Source: an uncultured Gammaproteobacteria bacterium (lineage in GTDB: Bacteria; Patescibacteriota; Patescibacteriia; UBA9934; GWF2-40-263). From it: 64,000 bases of DNA. Shown here in pieces: positions 20,770 through 30,900 of the stretch. Location: positions 39,485 to 103,484 of the forward strand of contig CAZCMI010000001.1 in NCBI GenBank assembly GCA_964499955.1, written 5' to 3'. The first letter of the stretch is position 1, and each line of letters begins with the position of its first letter. The notes beneath the pieces were generated by a model. The model worked only from the letters and a program-made list of their open reading frames with translations. It was not told where the DNA came from and made no database searches. A program made the position numbers and the translations under genes.

Positions 20770-22314
20770 ATGCGTATGGAGGAACTGGAGGGAAAGGGGC
20801 GCGTGCCGTTCAAGACGGGCGTCGCGGCATTGGCCGTGGCGGCTTTGTGCGTTCTCGTCGGTCTGCAGGCATTCGTTTCGCCCTTGGCCTTGGTGGCCGT
20901 CATCGTAGGCGCGGCGGCTGCGGTGGCCGCCCTTGCCCGGCCGCGCGCGGCCCTGGCCGCCCTCGCCGTCTATCTCCCGTTCGAACCGTTCCTGCTGAAA
21001 TTCGTCCCGGACGAGATGTACGTCTTCGCCCGCTATCTTCCCGAAGGATTGATTTATGTCCTGGCGGCCGTGGCGCTGTGGCACGCCTTCGCCGGAGGGA
21101 AGAACGGCGGGAAGGGGTTGCGGCAAACCGCCCTGTCCCTCCCGTTCGGCCTGTTCATCACCGCCCTGGTTGCGTCCGCCCTCATCAACGCCGTGCCGCC
21201 GGACATCGCCGTCTTGGGCGCCCGGCAAATCCTCCGGTTCATCCTGGTCTTCTTCATTGCGTTGAACCTGGCGCCGTCGGAAGCGTACGTGCGTCGCCTC
21301 ACGGGCGCGTTGCTCGGCGTGGCGGCGTTCCAGGCCATCCTTGCCATCATCCAGCGGCTCACCGGCGGGGCATTGGACGCCTTCTTGCTGCCGTCGGACG
21401 CGCGCGCGTTGGGAGATATCACGCTCACGGCAGGCACGTCGCAGTTCTGGGATCCGGGTTCGCGCGCCTTCGCCACCATGGGCCGCTACGACCGGCTGGG
21501 AAACTTCTTGGCGTTTTTCCTCGTGCCCGCGGCGGCGTTCTTATATGAATTCCGCACGAAAGGACGATATCGGGAATGGACGTGGCTGCTGCTGGCGTTG
21601 GGGATTCCGGCGCTGATCTTCACGTATTCCCGCGCATCGTGGTTCGCGTTCCTGCTCGGCTTTCTATTCGTGGCCGTTTGGTTGTACCGGGACAAGCGTG
21701 TGTTGGCGGCCTTCGCGACGGTCGCCGTCGTGGTCTTCGCCTACGTGGGCGTGTCGGGGTTGAACGTGCGGTTCATCACCGAGGCGCCGGGCCAAACCTT
21801 GGTGGAACGGTTTTACGAGGCCTTCAGCGCCGCCCGCTGGCGCGGGGAATACTATGGCTTGGGCCGCGTGTATTGGATGGTGCAGGTGCCGCGCGTGGTG
21901 GTGCCCGCCTCGCCGCTGTTCGGTTTCGGGCCGGGGCAGTTCGGCGGGGGAGCGGCCGCCGCCTTGGGCAACACGGTCGTGTATGAACGCCTGGGCCTGC
22001 CCTATGGCGTCTTCGGCACGGACGGCTATATCGACAACAGCTGGTTCGCCCTGTGGGGGGAAACCGGCACGCTCGGTCTGGCGTTTTTCCTGTGGATGTA
22101 CGTCCTGCTGTTCCGCGTCGGCACGCGCGCATTCCGCCGGGGGAAGACGCCGTTCGTCCGGGCGCTCGGGGCCGGGTATGCGGGGGCCGTCTTGGGCGCC
22201 GCGCTCATCTCCTTCTTGTCGACGGCGTTGGAAATCCGCGCCTTCGCCTTTTACCTGTGGTTGTACGGCGGACTCTTGGCCGCCTTGGTGCCGGAGGAAC
22301 GGGAACATGTATGA
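20770..22314 (+). CDS. O-antigen ligase/polymerase family (Wzy_C-like) membrane protein
   Basis: ~12 TM segments with a central periplasmic loop preceded by IFTYSRASWFAFLLG, typical of the WaaL/Wzy family. Confidence 0.55.
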   Translation: MRMEELEGKGRVPFKTGVAALAVAALCVLVGLQAFVSPLALVAVIVGAAAAVAALARPRAALAALAVYLPFEPFLLKFVPDEMYVFARYLPEGLIYVLAAVALWHAFAGGKNGGKGLRQTALSLPFGLFITALVASALINAVPPDIAVLGARQILRFILVFFIALNLAPSEAYVRRLTGALLGVAAFQAILAIIQRLTGGALDAFLLPSDARALGDITLTAGTSQFWDPGSRAFATMGRYDRLGNFLAFFLVPAAAFLYEFRTKGRYREWTWLLLALGIPALIFTYSRASWFAFLLGFLFVAVWLYRDKRVLAAFATVAVVVFAYVGVSGLNVRFITEAPGQTLVERFYEAFSAARWRGEYYGLGRVYWMVQVPRVVVPASPLFGFGPGQFGGGAAAALGNTVVYERLGLPYGVFGTDGYIDNSWFALWGETGTLGLAFFLWMYVLLFRVGTRAFRRGKTPFVRALGAGYAGAVLGAALISFLSTALEIRAFAFYLWLYGGLLAALVPEEREHV

Positions 22315-22805
22315 CGGAACGACCGTGTATCGCGTATCTCGATGGGGCGAATGTCTACAAAGGCGTCGCGTCTGCCGCGTGGAAAATTGATTATCGCAGG
22401 TTTCGTTCCTGGCTGCGGCAAAAATACGGCGTATCGACTGCCCATCTTTTCATCGGCCTCATTCCAAAGCACGCGCAGATGTATACGTCCTTGCAATCCG
22501 CGGGGTATGCCATGGTTTTCAAGGAAGTCGTCTATGATGGTATGGGGAAGGCGAAAGGAAATTGCGACGCGGATCTCGTCTTGCAGGCCGTGAGGGACGT
22601 CTACGAACGAACGCCATCGTCCGTCGTACTCGTTTCAAGCGATGGAGATTACGCGCCGCTTGTCCGATTTTGGCAGGAGAAAGGCATTCCGTGCACGGTG
22701 ATCTCTCCCGCGCCCATGGCGAAGTGTTCCATTCTTCTGAAGAGAACGGAGGTGCGGATCGTTTGTCTTGAGGACGTAAAGAACAAGGTGTCGTATCGGA
22801 GGTAA
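22311..22805 (+). CDS. NYN-domain (LabA/PIN-like) protein
   Basis: CIAYLDGANVY...DADLVL...VVLVSSDGDY matches the NYN nuclease fold signature. The ATG overlaps the ligase stop (ATGA). Confidence 0.6.
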   Translation: MTERPCIAYLDGANVYKGVASAAWKIDYRRFRSWLRQKYGVSTAHLFIGLIPKHAQMYTSLQSAGYAMVFKEVVYDGMGKAKGNCDADLVLQAVRDVYERTPSSVVLVSSDGDYAPLVRFWQEKGIPCTVISPAPMAKCSILLKRTEVRIVCLEDVKNKVSYRR

Positions 22806-22896
22806 AATGAAAAAGCCCCCGGCGAGGACGTATCCGCGCAAGGGTCTCTTCCGTGGTGATGCGAACATCGTAGGGGAGAAATTGAGCGGCGTCAAT

Positions 22897-24117
22897 ATGA
22901 CCATCATCCAAGCCAACAAATTCTATTTCCCCCGGGGAGGCGCGGAGCGCTACGTCCTCGACCTTTCGGCGTGGCTGGAAGGGCAGGGGCACCGCGTGGC
23001 GCCGTTCGCCATGGCGCATCCGGACAACCTGCCTACGCCGTACGCGCGGTTTTTCCCCAGCCGGGTTCTCACGGAGGAAGTACGGATGAACGCGCAGGGG
23101 CTGCATACCGTGGGCCGCATGCTGTATTCGCTGGAAGCCCGGCGCAAGATGGCGTCCCTGGTGGCGGAAACCAAGCCGGCGCTCTGCCACATCCATAACA
23201 TCTACACCCAGTTGTCGCCGTCCGTGTTGGATACGTTGCGCGTCATGCGCGTTCCCGTGGCGATGACCGTGCACGACCATCATCTCGTGTCGCCGCAATA
23301 CAACGTGTGGGCGCCGGGGTGCGGGAAAAATGCGGATCCAAATGCGGGCGTCCTGCGCCTGGCGTTTTCGCGGTTCCACAAGGATTCCTTTGCCGCCAGT
23401 TTGTTGCAGGCCGCGGCCTTCCGGTTCCACCGCCGGTTGGACATTTGGCGGCGCGGCGTGGACCTGTTCATCTGCCCGTCGCGCTATATGGCCGGGCGGT
23501 TGGTGGCGGCCGGGTTCCCCAAGGAGCGCATCCGGGTGAACCCGTACGGCATCGACCCGTCCGCGTTCCGGCCCACATACGCCCACGAAGGATACGTACT
23601 GTTCGTCGGCCGGCTGGTGCCGGAGAAGGGCGTCGAAACGCTGATCGAAGCCGCCAAGCTCTTGCCGGACGTGCCGTTCCGCATCGTCGGCACGGGGCCG
23701 GACGAAGCGCGGCTGCGCGGCCTGGCCCACGGGACGCGCAACATGCGGTTTCTGGGCCACCTGGGCGGGGAAGCTCTGGAGGCGGCCTATCGCGGCGCCT
23801 TGGCCGTGGCCGTCCCGTCCCGCGTGGAGGAAACCTTCCCGTTGGTCACATTGGAAGCGATGGCCCACGGCAAGCCGGTGGTGGCCAGCGCGGTGGGCGG
23901 CATTCCCGAGCAAATCGACGACCGGCACACGGGTTGGCTGCTCCCGCCCCTGGATGCCGCCGCCTGGGCCGAGGCTTTCCGGCGGCTGGCGGAGGATGAA
24001 CGGTTCCGCCTGGGCTTGGCCCGCGCCGCCCGGGCCGAAATAACCGGCCGTTTCCACCTGCGGCACCATCACGAACGGCTGTTGGAAACGTACGTGGAAC
24101 TGACGGCCTGTGGATAA
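22897..24117 (+). CDS. GT4 (group 1) glycosyltransferase
   Basis: N-terminus MTIIQANKFYFPRGGAERYV and a C-terminal EAMAHGKPVVASAVGGIPE motif. An alternative upstream start is at 22807. Confidence 0.8.
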   Translation: MTIIQANKFYFPRGGAERYVLDLSAWLEGQGHRVAPFAMAHPDNLPTPYARFFPSRVLTEEVRMNAQGLHTVGRMLYSLEARRKMASLVAETKPALCHIHNIYTQLSPSVLDTLRVMRVPVAMTVHDHHLVSPQYNVWAPGCGKNADPNAGVLRLAFSRFHKDSFAASLLQAAAFRFHRRLDIWRRGVDLFICPSRYMAGRLVAAGFPKERIRVNPYGIDPSAFRPTYAHEGYVLFVGRLVPEKGVETLIEAAKLLPDVPFRIVGTGPDEARLRGLAHGTRNMRFLGHLGGEALEAAYRGALAVAVPSRVEETFPLVTLEAMAHGKPVVASAVGGIPEQIDDRHTGWLLPPLDAAAWAEAFRRLAEDERFRLGLARAARAEITGRFHLRHHHERLLETYVELTACG

Positions 24118-24250
24118 TTGACGTGTCGGTCGGAACGAAGAAAGAAGGGAGAAACCTTCGGGAAAATGAAAAACGGAGCCAACGGCGCCCGCCGAATCCC
24201 CGCCGCGGGGCGTCTTCGGAAGGCCTGTCAACGCCGAACAAAGCACGAAC

Positions 24251-24281
24251 AAAAACACCCCGCGTTTGCGGGGGTGTTTTT
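24251..24281. terminator. bidirectional terminator between convergent GT4 genes
   Basis: aaaaacaccccgcGTTTgcgggggtgttttt. Confidence 0.65.
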
Positions 24282-25434
24282 AGGCGCTCTGCATCTTCAA
24301 ATTCGGGATGAAATCCAGCGCTTCGTACAGATACATGGTCTGCTCGCCGATATCTTCCCAGTCGTAGTGCTTGGCCACGTAGGCGCGGGCTTCGGCGCCC
24401 ACGGCTTCCACCAACTCGGGATGTTCGAGCAGCATCGCCAGTTTCTGGACGAGGTCTTCGACCTGTCCGACGCGGAAGGACATGCCGTGCTGCTGGGTCA
24501 GTTCCAGGTTTTCCGGAATGTCCGAGGACAGCACGCACTTTCCATACGACATGGCTTCCAGCACGGCGATGGGCAGACCCTCCGATTCGGACGGGTGTAC
24601 GGCCGCGTAGGCGCCGGCAAACAGCGCGTGCAGCGCCTCGCCGGTTTGCGCGCCGGTGAACACCACGGACGGGTCGCCTTCCGCCTGCTTCCGCAGGTCC
24701 GCCACATAGGCGTCCGTAAACGCGGAGCCACCCACGATGGCGAGCTTGCGGCCTGCCGTCAGATCCGGCCGTTCCGCCTGCAGGCGCTTCCACGCGTCGA
24801 TCAGCAGGTGGGCGCCCTTGTGGCGCACAAGACGGGCACAGAACAACAGGTACTTCCCGGGTTCCAGGCCGAAGTCCGCGAGGTGCTTCAGCTCCGGCCG
24901 CTCCGTGTGGAAGCGGGTGCCGTTCGGGATGTACACGGCGTCCACGCCGTACTGCATGCGCACGTACGTCTGCAGCGACTTGGACACCACGATGGTGGCG
25001 CCCGGCGAGCGCAGGGCCGTCCATTCGCCCAGGCGCAGCATCAGGCGGGCGAAGCCGCCCCACTTGCCGTGCGAACGGTCGATGCAGTGGAAGGTCACGA
25101 CCACGCGGGCGGACGGACGCAACAGGCGCGGCAGCCACGCCAACAGGGCGGGGCCGACGCCGTGGATGTGAAAGACGTCCACGCCTTCCCACGCCGCCCG
25201 CACGATGGCCGTGAAGGTGTGGGTGATGGCGTCCAGGTGCTTGGTGCGGATGGACGGGGTGGCAATACAACGCACGGCACGGTGCGTACGCACCGGCCAG
25301 GTATACCAGCGGCGGCAGAACACGAGTACCTCGTGGCCGCGCCGCGCGAGTTCGGCCGAGAGTTCCTCCACATGGCGCTCAATGCCGCCCGCCTGTGCAG
25401 GAATCCCCTTTTGACCGATCATGGCGATCTTCAT
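24280..25434 (-). CDS. GT4 (group 1) glycosyltransferase
   Basis: N-terminus MKIAMIGQKGIPAQAGGIERHVEELS and a C-terminal EAMSYGKCVLSSDIPEN motif. Confidence 0.85.
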   Translation of the reverse strand: MKIAMIGQKGIPAQAGGIERHVEELSAELARRGHEVLVFCRRWYTWPVRTHRAVRCIATPSIRTKHLDAITHTFTAIVRAAWEGVDVFHIHGVGPALLAWLPRLLRPSARVVVTFHCIDRSHGKWGGFARLMLRLGEWTALRSPGATIVVSKSLQTYVRMQYGVDAVYIPNGTRFHTERPELKHLADFGLEPGKYLLFCARLVRHKGAHLLIDAWKRLQAERPDLTAGRKLAIVGGSAFTDAYVADLRKQAEGDPSVVFTGAQTGEALHALFAGAYAAVHPSESEGLPIAVLEAMSYGKCVLSSDIPENLELTQQHGMSFRVGQVEDLVQKLAMLLEHPELVEAVGAEARAYVAKHYDWEDIGEQTMYLYEALDFIPNLKMQSA

Positions 25435-25477
25435 AGAGGTTCGTTTTGCCGCCTGGTTGAGGCGAGAATTAAGGAAG

Positions 25478-25506
25478 GATCATAGCAGGAAAACAGGATC
25501 CTGTCA
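25478..25506 (-). promoter_or_regulatory. consensus sigma70 promoter (TTGACA-N17-TATGAT) for the minus-strand GT4
   Basis: Read on the minus strand: cattgacaggatcctgttttcctgctatgatcc. Confidence 0.55.
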
Positions 25507-25559
25507 ATGGATTATGGCGAGTTTTTGGCTAAAATAACGGAAAAACCCGCAGGGCGGGC

Positions 25560-25877
25560 TTAGGGGAGGGGCGGGGAATCGGGCGGTTTCGACCCCTCTG
25601 GTTCATTCAGGACTTGGGGATTCGGGGAATACAGCCGATTGCGGATTTTCCACCGGTCCACGTATTGGCCGATGCCCGTCTTGTCCCGCTTGTTCCGTAC
25701 CGTGGTGGTGGCCTGGGACCAGCGCAAGACGGACTCGAAATTAAGCTTGTACCGCCCCTGGACCACGACGTAGGTGATCTCCTGGTTGGCGATGGCGCGC
25801 CGCACGGTGCGCTGGGAAACGCCGAACAAACGGGCGGCCTCGGCGACGGTAACGCGGATGACATTCTGGAGGGACAT
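25560..25877 (-). CDS. small HTH DNA-binding protein (excisionase/MerR-like HTH_17 type)
   Basis: MSLQNVIRVTVAEAARLFGVSQRTVRRAIANQEITYV. The start lies in the CCTATGTCC context and a palindrome sits immediately upstream. Confidence 0.55.
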   Translation of the reverse strand: MSLQNVIRVTVAEAARLFGVSQRTVRRAIANQEITYVVVQGRYKLNFESVLRWSQATTTVRNKRDKTGIGQYVDRWKIRNRLYSPNPQVLNEPEGSKPPDSPPLP

Positions 25878-25897
25878 AGGCCACTTATCCACTTACG

Positions 25898-25921
25898 TTT
25901 GGCTACACCAGCGTAGCCAAA
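25898..25921. promoter_or_regulatory. perfect 9-bp inverted repeat (candidate operator): TTTGGCTAC-N6-GTAGCCAAA
   Basis: tttggctacACCAGCgtagccaaa lies 20 bp upstream of the HTH gene start. A nearby direct repeat reads CCACTTAtCCACTTA. Confidence 0.5.
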
Positions 25922-25971
25922 CACGAACATTTTGTCAATTATACACAGGGTCATTTTGGGCGGGAGGGAAG

Positions 25972-25999
25972 GGAACGGACGTGGGAATGCTGGGTCAAA
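25972..25999 (+). promoter_or_regulatory. candidate ECF/sigmaE-type promoter (GGAAC-N18-TCAAA) upstream of the ECF sigma gene
   Basis: gGGAACggacgtgggaatgctgggTCAAAa. The -35 to -10 spacing matches a sigmaE-like consensus. Confidence 0.4.
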
Positions 26000-26087
26000 A
26001 CATTGAAGAAAAAGGCTTTTTCCGCTAGGGTGCTTGCTAATTCGTCGGCCGCGTAAGTTTTTCCCTTAACGCGACGACTACACCTTT

Positions 26088-26630
26088 GTGAGCAGGCACC
26101 TCGAACAATTTCTGCTCTTCCGCGTTCGCGTGCATCGGGACGAACGGGCCTATGCCCGCCTCTACCAACTGTACGTGGATCGGATCTACCGGTTTCTTGC
26201 CGCCAAGCTGCCTACGGCTGCAGACGCGCACGACGCCGCCGCCACGGTCTTCCTCCGGGCGTGGAACTACTGCACGTCCACCCAGGTGGACCATCTCTCC
26301 GGCTTGCTGCATACCGTTGCCCGGGGAGTCATCGCCGAGTTCTACCGCCAACGCCGGGAGACGGTTTCGCTGGACGAGGATTCCTCTTGGAAGGACACCT
26401 TGTCCGACGGTTCGGCGGGTGCGCAGCAGGTGCAGCGGGACGTAGACGTTTCGCTGGTGCGTCGGGCGCTCAACGCCCTGCCGCCGGACCAAGCCCGCGC
26501 CCTGTCCCTGCGGTACCTGTCGGACCTGCCCATTTCCGCCGTCGCGGCAGACCTCAAGAGATCCGTGAACGCCACCAACGTCCTTCTGTACCGCGCCGTC
26601 CGTTCCCTCCGTAAGTTGATGGAACCCTAG
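26088..26630 (+). CDS. RNA polymerase sigma factor, ECF subfamily
   Basis: sigma70 region 2 (YVDRIYRFLAAKL...DAHDAAATVFLRAW) and region 4 (LPPDQARALSLRYLSDLPISAVAADL). GTG start. Confidence 0.75.
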   Translation: MSRHLEQFLLFRVRVHRDERAYARLYQLYVDRIYRFLAAKLPTAADAHDAAATVFLRAWNYCTSTQVDHLSGLLHTVARGVIAEFYRQRRETVSLDEDSSWKDTLSDGSAGAQQVQRDVDVSLVRRALNALPPDQARALSLRYLSDLPISAVAADLKRSVNATNVLLYRAVRSLRKLMEP

Positions 26631-26640
26631 CCTCCTTCCT

Positions 26641-27778
26641 TGTGACCGACCACGACGTCAAAAACCTCTTGCGCTCCTTGCGCGACGAACCGGCCCTCGG
26701 CGGTTCGTTTGGCGATCGTGCGCAAAAAGACGTTTGGGCGTCGGTGGCGCAACAGGCCGGACTCTCGGCCTCCGTAAAAGATGCGGCCGGCACGTCCGCC
26801 TACACGCTGGCCGACTATCTGGACTACGCGGCGCACGAAACCCGGGCCTTCCTGCGTCCCATGGCCGCCGCGGCGGGTGCCGCCGGGCTGGTGCTCTCCG
26901 GCTGGGTCACCACGGTGTCCGCGGGCAACAGTTTGCCGGGCGACGTCCTGTACCCCATGAAGCTGGCGGGCGAACGGGTGCAGATCCGCCTCGCCGGCAC
27001 GCCAAAGGACCGTGTGCGCCTGCACGCCGCCTTCGCGGAACGGCGCATGCAAGAAGCCGTGGAAATCACCGCCAAGGACGTCCCGTACCGCACAGACCGC
27101 ATGCGCACCGCGGTGGCCAGCATGAAAGGGGAACTCGATTCGGCCCACGGAGAATTGGCCGCCCTGCAGGTTTCCGCGCCGGAACTGGTCGCCGAAGCCG
27201 CCGCCGTTCTCGCGCGGAAGACGGAAGCGCTGAACGTCCTGTTGGAACAAGCGCCCGTTTCCGACGCCTCCGAAGCCGTTTTGCAAGAAGTCGCCGTCGC
27301 GCGGGAAACCGTCAAGCAGGCGGAAACGCAAACGGTCAGCACCTTGGTGGAAACCCACGAGCAATACGAACAGGCGGTTACCAGCGAGGAATTGCAGCGC
27401 AACTTCCGCCGGGAATACCAACGCACCGCCGTCCGGTTTACCACCGCACGCTCCCGTGCGGCCGTCCTAAGGGAAGCCGTGGCTGCCCTGCCCGCGGAAG
27501 AAGCCGGCTCCTATCTTGCCGCCGCCAACCAGGCCGTTACGGAGTTGCTCCCGTTGGACAAACTGCTGGCCGACGCCATGAACGTCATGGCCGCCGGCGG
27601 CTACCGCCGCGCGTTCGACCTGCTCGCCCAGGCCGGAAACATCCTCAACGGCGTGGAAGGGGAACTGGCCGCGCAGGAAATCCAATACACCGCCGGACGC
27701 ATGGTGGAACCCGAACGGCCCGTTGAAGCGCCGCCAGAAGAACCCACGGACGTACCGGAAACCACGGAAGCGCCCTAA
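26641..27778 (+). CDS. putative anti-sigma factor / coiled-coil membrane protein (DUF5667-like)
   Basis: It sits immediately downstream of the ECF sigma. There is a single TM segment (AAAAGAAGLVLSGWVTTV) and an Ala/Glu-rich helical C-terminal domain. Confidence 0.4.
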
Positions 27779-27944
27779 AACGGGTCAGCCCCCAAGCCGG
27801 CGGCGTCGTGCCACCCGCACGTTCCTCCCGCTTGGAGGCGGATCCGTCTCCAAGGCTCGTCGATACGAAACGCCTAAAAGGTCGAGGCCGAAAGGCTGCG
27901 TTTCGCCCTTAATACCAAAAAAGGTTCTGACGTTTTTCAATGCT

Positions 27945-30900
27945 ATGCAAAGCTCCCTCAAGACGGGGAAGCGCGCGCTGACGTCGGCGGTGGCCGCGGC
28001 GACCATGCTCTGGTCCGTCGGGTTCTCCTCCCTCGTTGCGCCGCTCACGGCTCGCGCCGCTGCGCCCGGAGACCTCGTCCGCGGCACCACGCTGTCCACG
28101 CTGTACTACTACGGCCAGGACGGCAAGCGCTACGCCTTCCCCAACGAAAAGACCTACTTCACCTGGTACGCGGATTTCTCCGGCGTCCAGACCATTTCCG
28201 ACAGCGAGCTGGCGGCCATTCCGCTCGGCGGGAACGTCTCGTATCGCCCCGGCTCCCGCTGGATCAAGATCGAGAGCGACCCCAAGACCTACGCGGTCTC
28301 CCCGAACGGCGTGCTCCGCTGGATTGAGACGGAAGAAGTCGCCACCGGCCTCGCCGGCAGCGACTGGAACCAATTCATCGACGACGTGGCCGACGTGTTC
28401 TTCGTCGACTACACGGTTGGTCCGTCCCTGACGTCCGCCGCCAACGCCTACAACGGCGCCTTGGTGCGCGACACGGATGGCTCCTACTACGTCATCCAGA
28501 ACAACACGAAGCGCCTCGTGACGTCGGACGGCTTCACGGCCAACCGCCTTCAGACGCGCAACGCGTTGGACGGCAGCGGCATCAACCTGTCCGCCATCAA
28601 CACGGGCGCCAACCTGGCGTCCCGCGAAGCCGCCTACTCCAACCCGGCCCAGCTCCCTGAGCAGGTCCAGGGTGGCCTGACGGTTTCCCTCGCCTCCGAC
28701 TCCCCGGCCTCCACGACCATCGCGGCTCGTGCCCAGGGCGTCGTCCTGGCGAAGTTCAACCTGTCTTCCACCAACGGTGCGACGACGGTGAACTCCCTTA
28801 CCATCAAGCAGGGCGGTCTCGGTTCCACCAACAACGTGGAATCCGTGTACCTCTACGAAGGTAACACCCGCCTGACCAGTGGCCGCACGGTCAACTCCGC
28901 TTCCCGCGAAGTGACCTTCGGCACGCTGAACCTGGCCTTGGCCAGCGGTCAGACCCGCACCATCTCGGTGGTGGCTGACATTGCTGACTCCGAAACGGTG
29001 AACAGCGGTGACACGCTTTTCTTCGAGATCGAATCCGCGAACAAGGTCGTGAGCGGCTCCACTGTGGGCGGCAACTTCCCGGTGCGCGGCGCCTCGGTGT
29101 CCCTTTCCGCTACGGAAGTTGGCACCCTGACGCTCTCCAAGGGCGGCACGATCACCAACCCGACTCTCGGCCAGAAGCAGGCCGTGATCGGTGAATTCCA
29201 CCTGGCGTCCAGCTCTGAAGAGAGCGTGCGCCTGCAGCGCCTCCGCCTGACGGTGGACGCCGCTTCCAACCACGACAACTTCAACCTCTTCCAGAACGAC
29301 GTTCTGGTGGCGGTCGGTACGCGCTCGGGTTCGGACACGGTGGACTTCATCTTCACCAACCAGTTCGAAATTGCCCAGGGCAACAACCGCATCTTCCAGC
29401 TCAAGGCCGACATCGGCGGCAAGAGCGGGGATGAAATCAAGGTGTCCGTGGACGAATCTTCGGACATCTACGCCATTGGCACGAAGTACGGTTTCGGCGT
29501 CGCCGTCGTTGACGGTTCGCCCGCCTACCGCGCCACGGGCAGCTCCTGTGCCAACACGGGCAGCTCCTGCTCGTTCTCCCAGATCCAGGGCGGCAAGCTG
29601 ACCTTCGCCTTCAACGGGCCGACGGCTTCCCGCTTCAACCTGGACCAGAACGGCCTTGTCCTGATGGACCTGACTGTCACCAGCGAGAACGAAGCCACGA
29701 TCCGCCACCTGGCGTTCAGCGTTACCGGTGCCGACTTGATCGGTGAAGGCACCAACCGGAACTACCAGAACTTCCGCTTGGTCGACAAGGCCACGGGCGC
29801 GACGGTTTCCGGCCCGGTGGAAATGAGCGGTAACGACACAGAGGCTTCCGTCGCCTTCCCGGATGACTGGGCCATGCGCGCCGGTGAGTCCATCGACTTG
29901 CAGCTGCTCGTGGACGCCAAGGGTGGCAACGCCCCGTACACTGTTTCCAACGGGGAAACCATCCGCGCAACCTTCGTTGCTGGTTCCACCCAGGCCCGCG
30001 ACATCAACAACCGCGACCTGAACCTCGGCACGGATATCGTTCCGAACGCGAACCTGACCGGTCACCTGATGACCGCCCAGGCCGCCTCGTTGACGGTTGC
30101 CGCGTCCCAGCCGCCGTCGAGTTCCACGTACGTGCGCGGTGCGCAGAACGTGGACATGCTCGGTGTGAGCTTCCAGACCGGTACGGCTTCCGCCGTCCGC
30201 GTTACGGCCGCCGCCTTCGGCTTCGGCACGGACACGGAAGAAGAAGCCTCCTCGCACATCACGTCCTGCTCCATCCATGATGCCGCTTCCGGCGCCTTGG
30301 TGGACGGTCCGCGTTCGTTTAGCGGTGCGAAGGTGAACTTCAACGGTTTCAACTGGACCATTCCCGCCGGCACCACCGGCAAGTTGATTGCCCGCTGTAA
30401 CTTCGCCAACCTGCCGGCTGATGGTGACCAGTGGTGGTTGACGCTCGCCAAGGCCGACATCACCGCCTTGGACGCCGACGGCAACACGCTTACGTCCATC
30501 ACGGACGCTGAAGTTGTTAACGGTGGGGAAGACCCCGCAATTTACCAGACTCTGAACGAAAGCGGTCAGCTGACCGTCGCGTTGGACGGTTCTTCGCCCC
30601 AGGCGAACATCATCCTTGGTGCTTCGACCGGCGTGACCACTTCCGTCTTCCGCTTCTCGACGAACAACGAACCGTACATTGTTAAGAGCCTGACGCTTGA
30701 GACCTGCGAAGCGGGTTACGGCTGCAACGAAGCGGTTGCGAACGCCATCCGCTTGTCCTACACGGACAAGTCCGGCGCCGCCCGCACGGCCACCAGCTCC
30801 TTCTCGGGCGGCAAGGTGCACTTCGGTGACTTGGATCTCTACGTTCCGACCACCACGCACGCGCTCGCGACGGTGTCGATCGATACCAACACGGTGTCCT

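Noticed and set aside
20770-22314. Calling the ligase homolog specifically WaaL (lipid A-core O-antigen ligase).
   Set aside because: The Wzy_C family also includes O-antigen polymerases and other glycan ligases. Sequence alone cannot tell them apart, so only a family-level call was kept.
25560-25892. The excisionase-like HTH gene as a marker of a prophage or integrative element.
   Set aside because: No integrase, recombinase, att-like direct repeats or phage genes lie nearby. The flanking genes are chromosomal envelope genes. It is more likely a local transcriptional regulator with its own operator.
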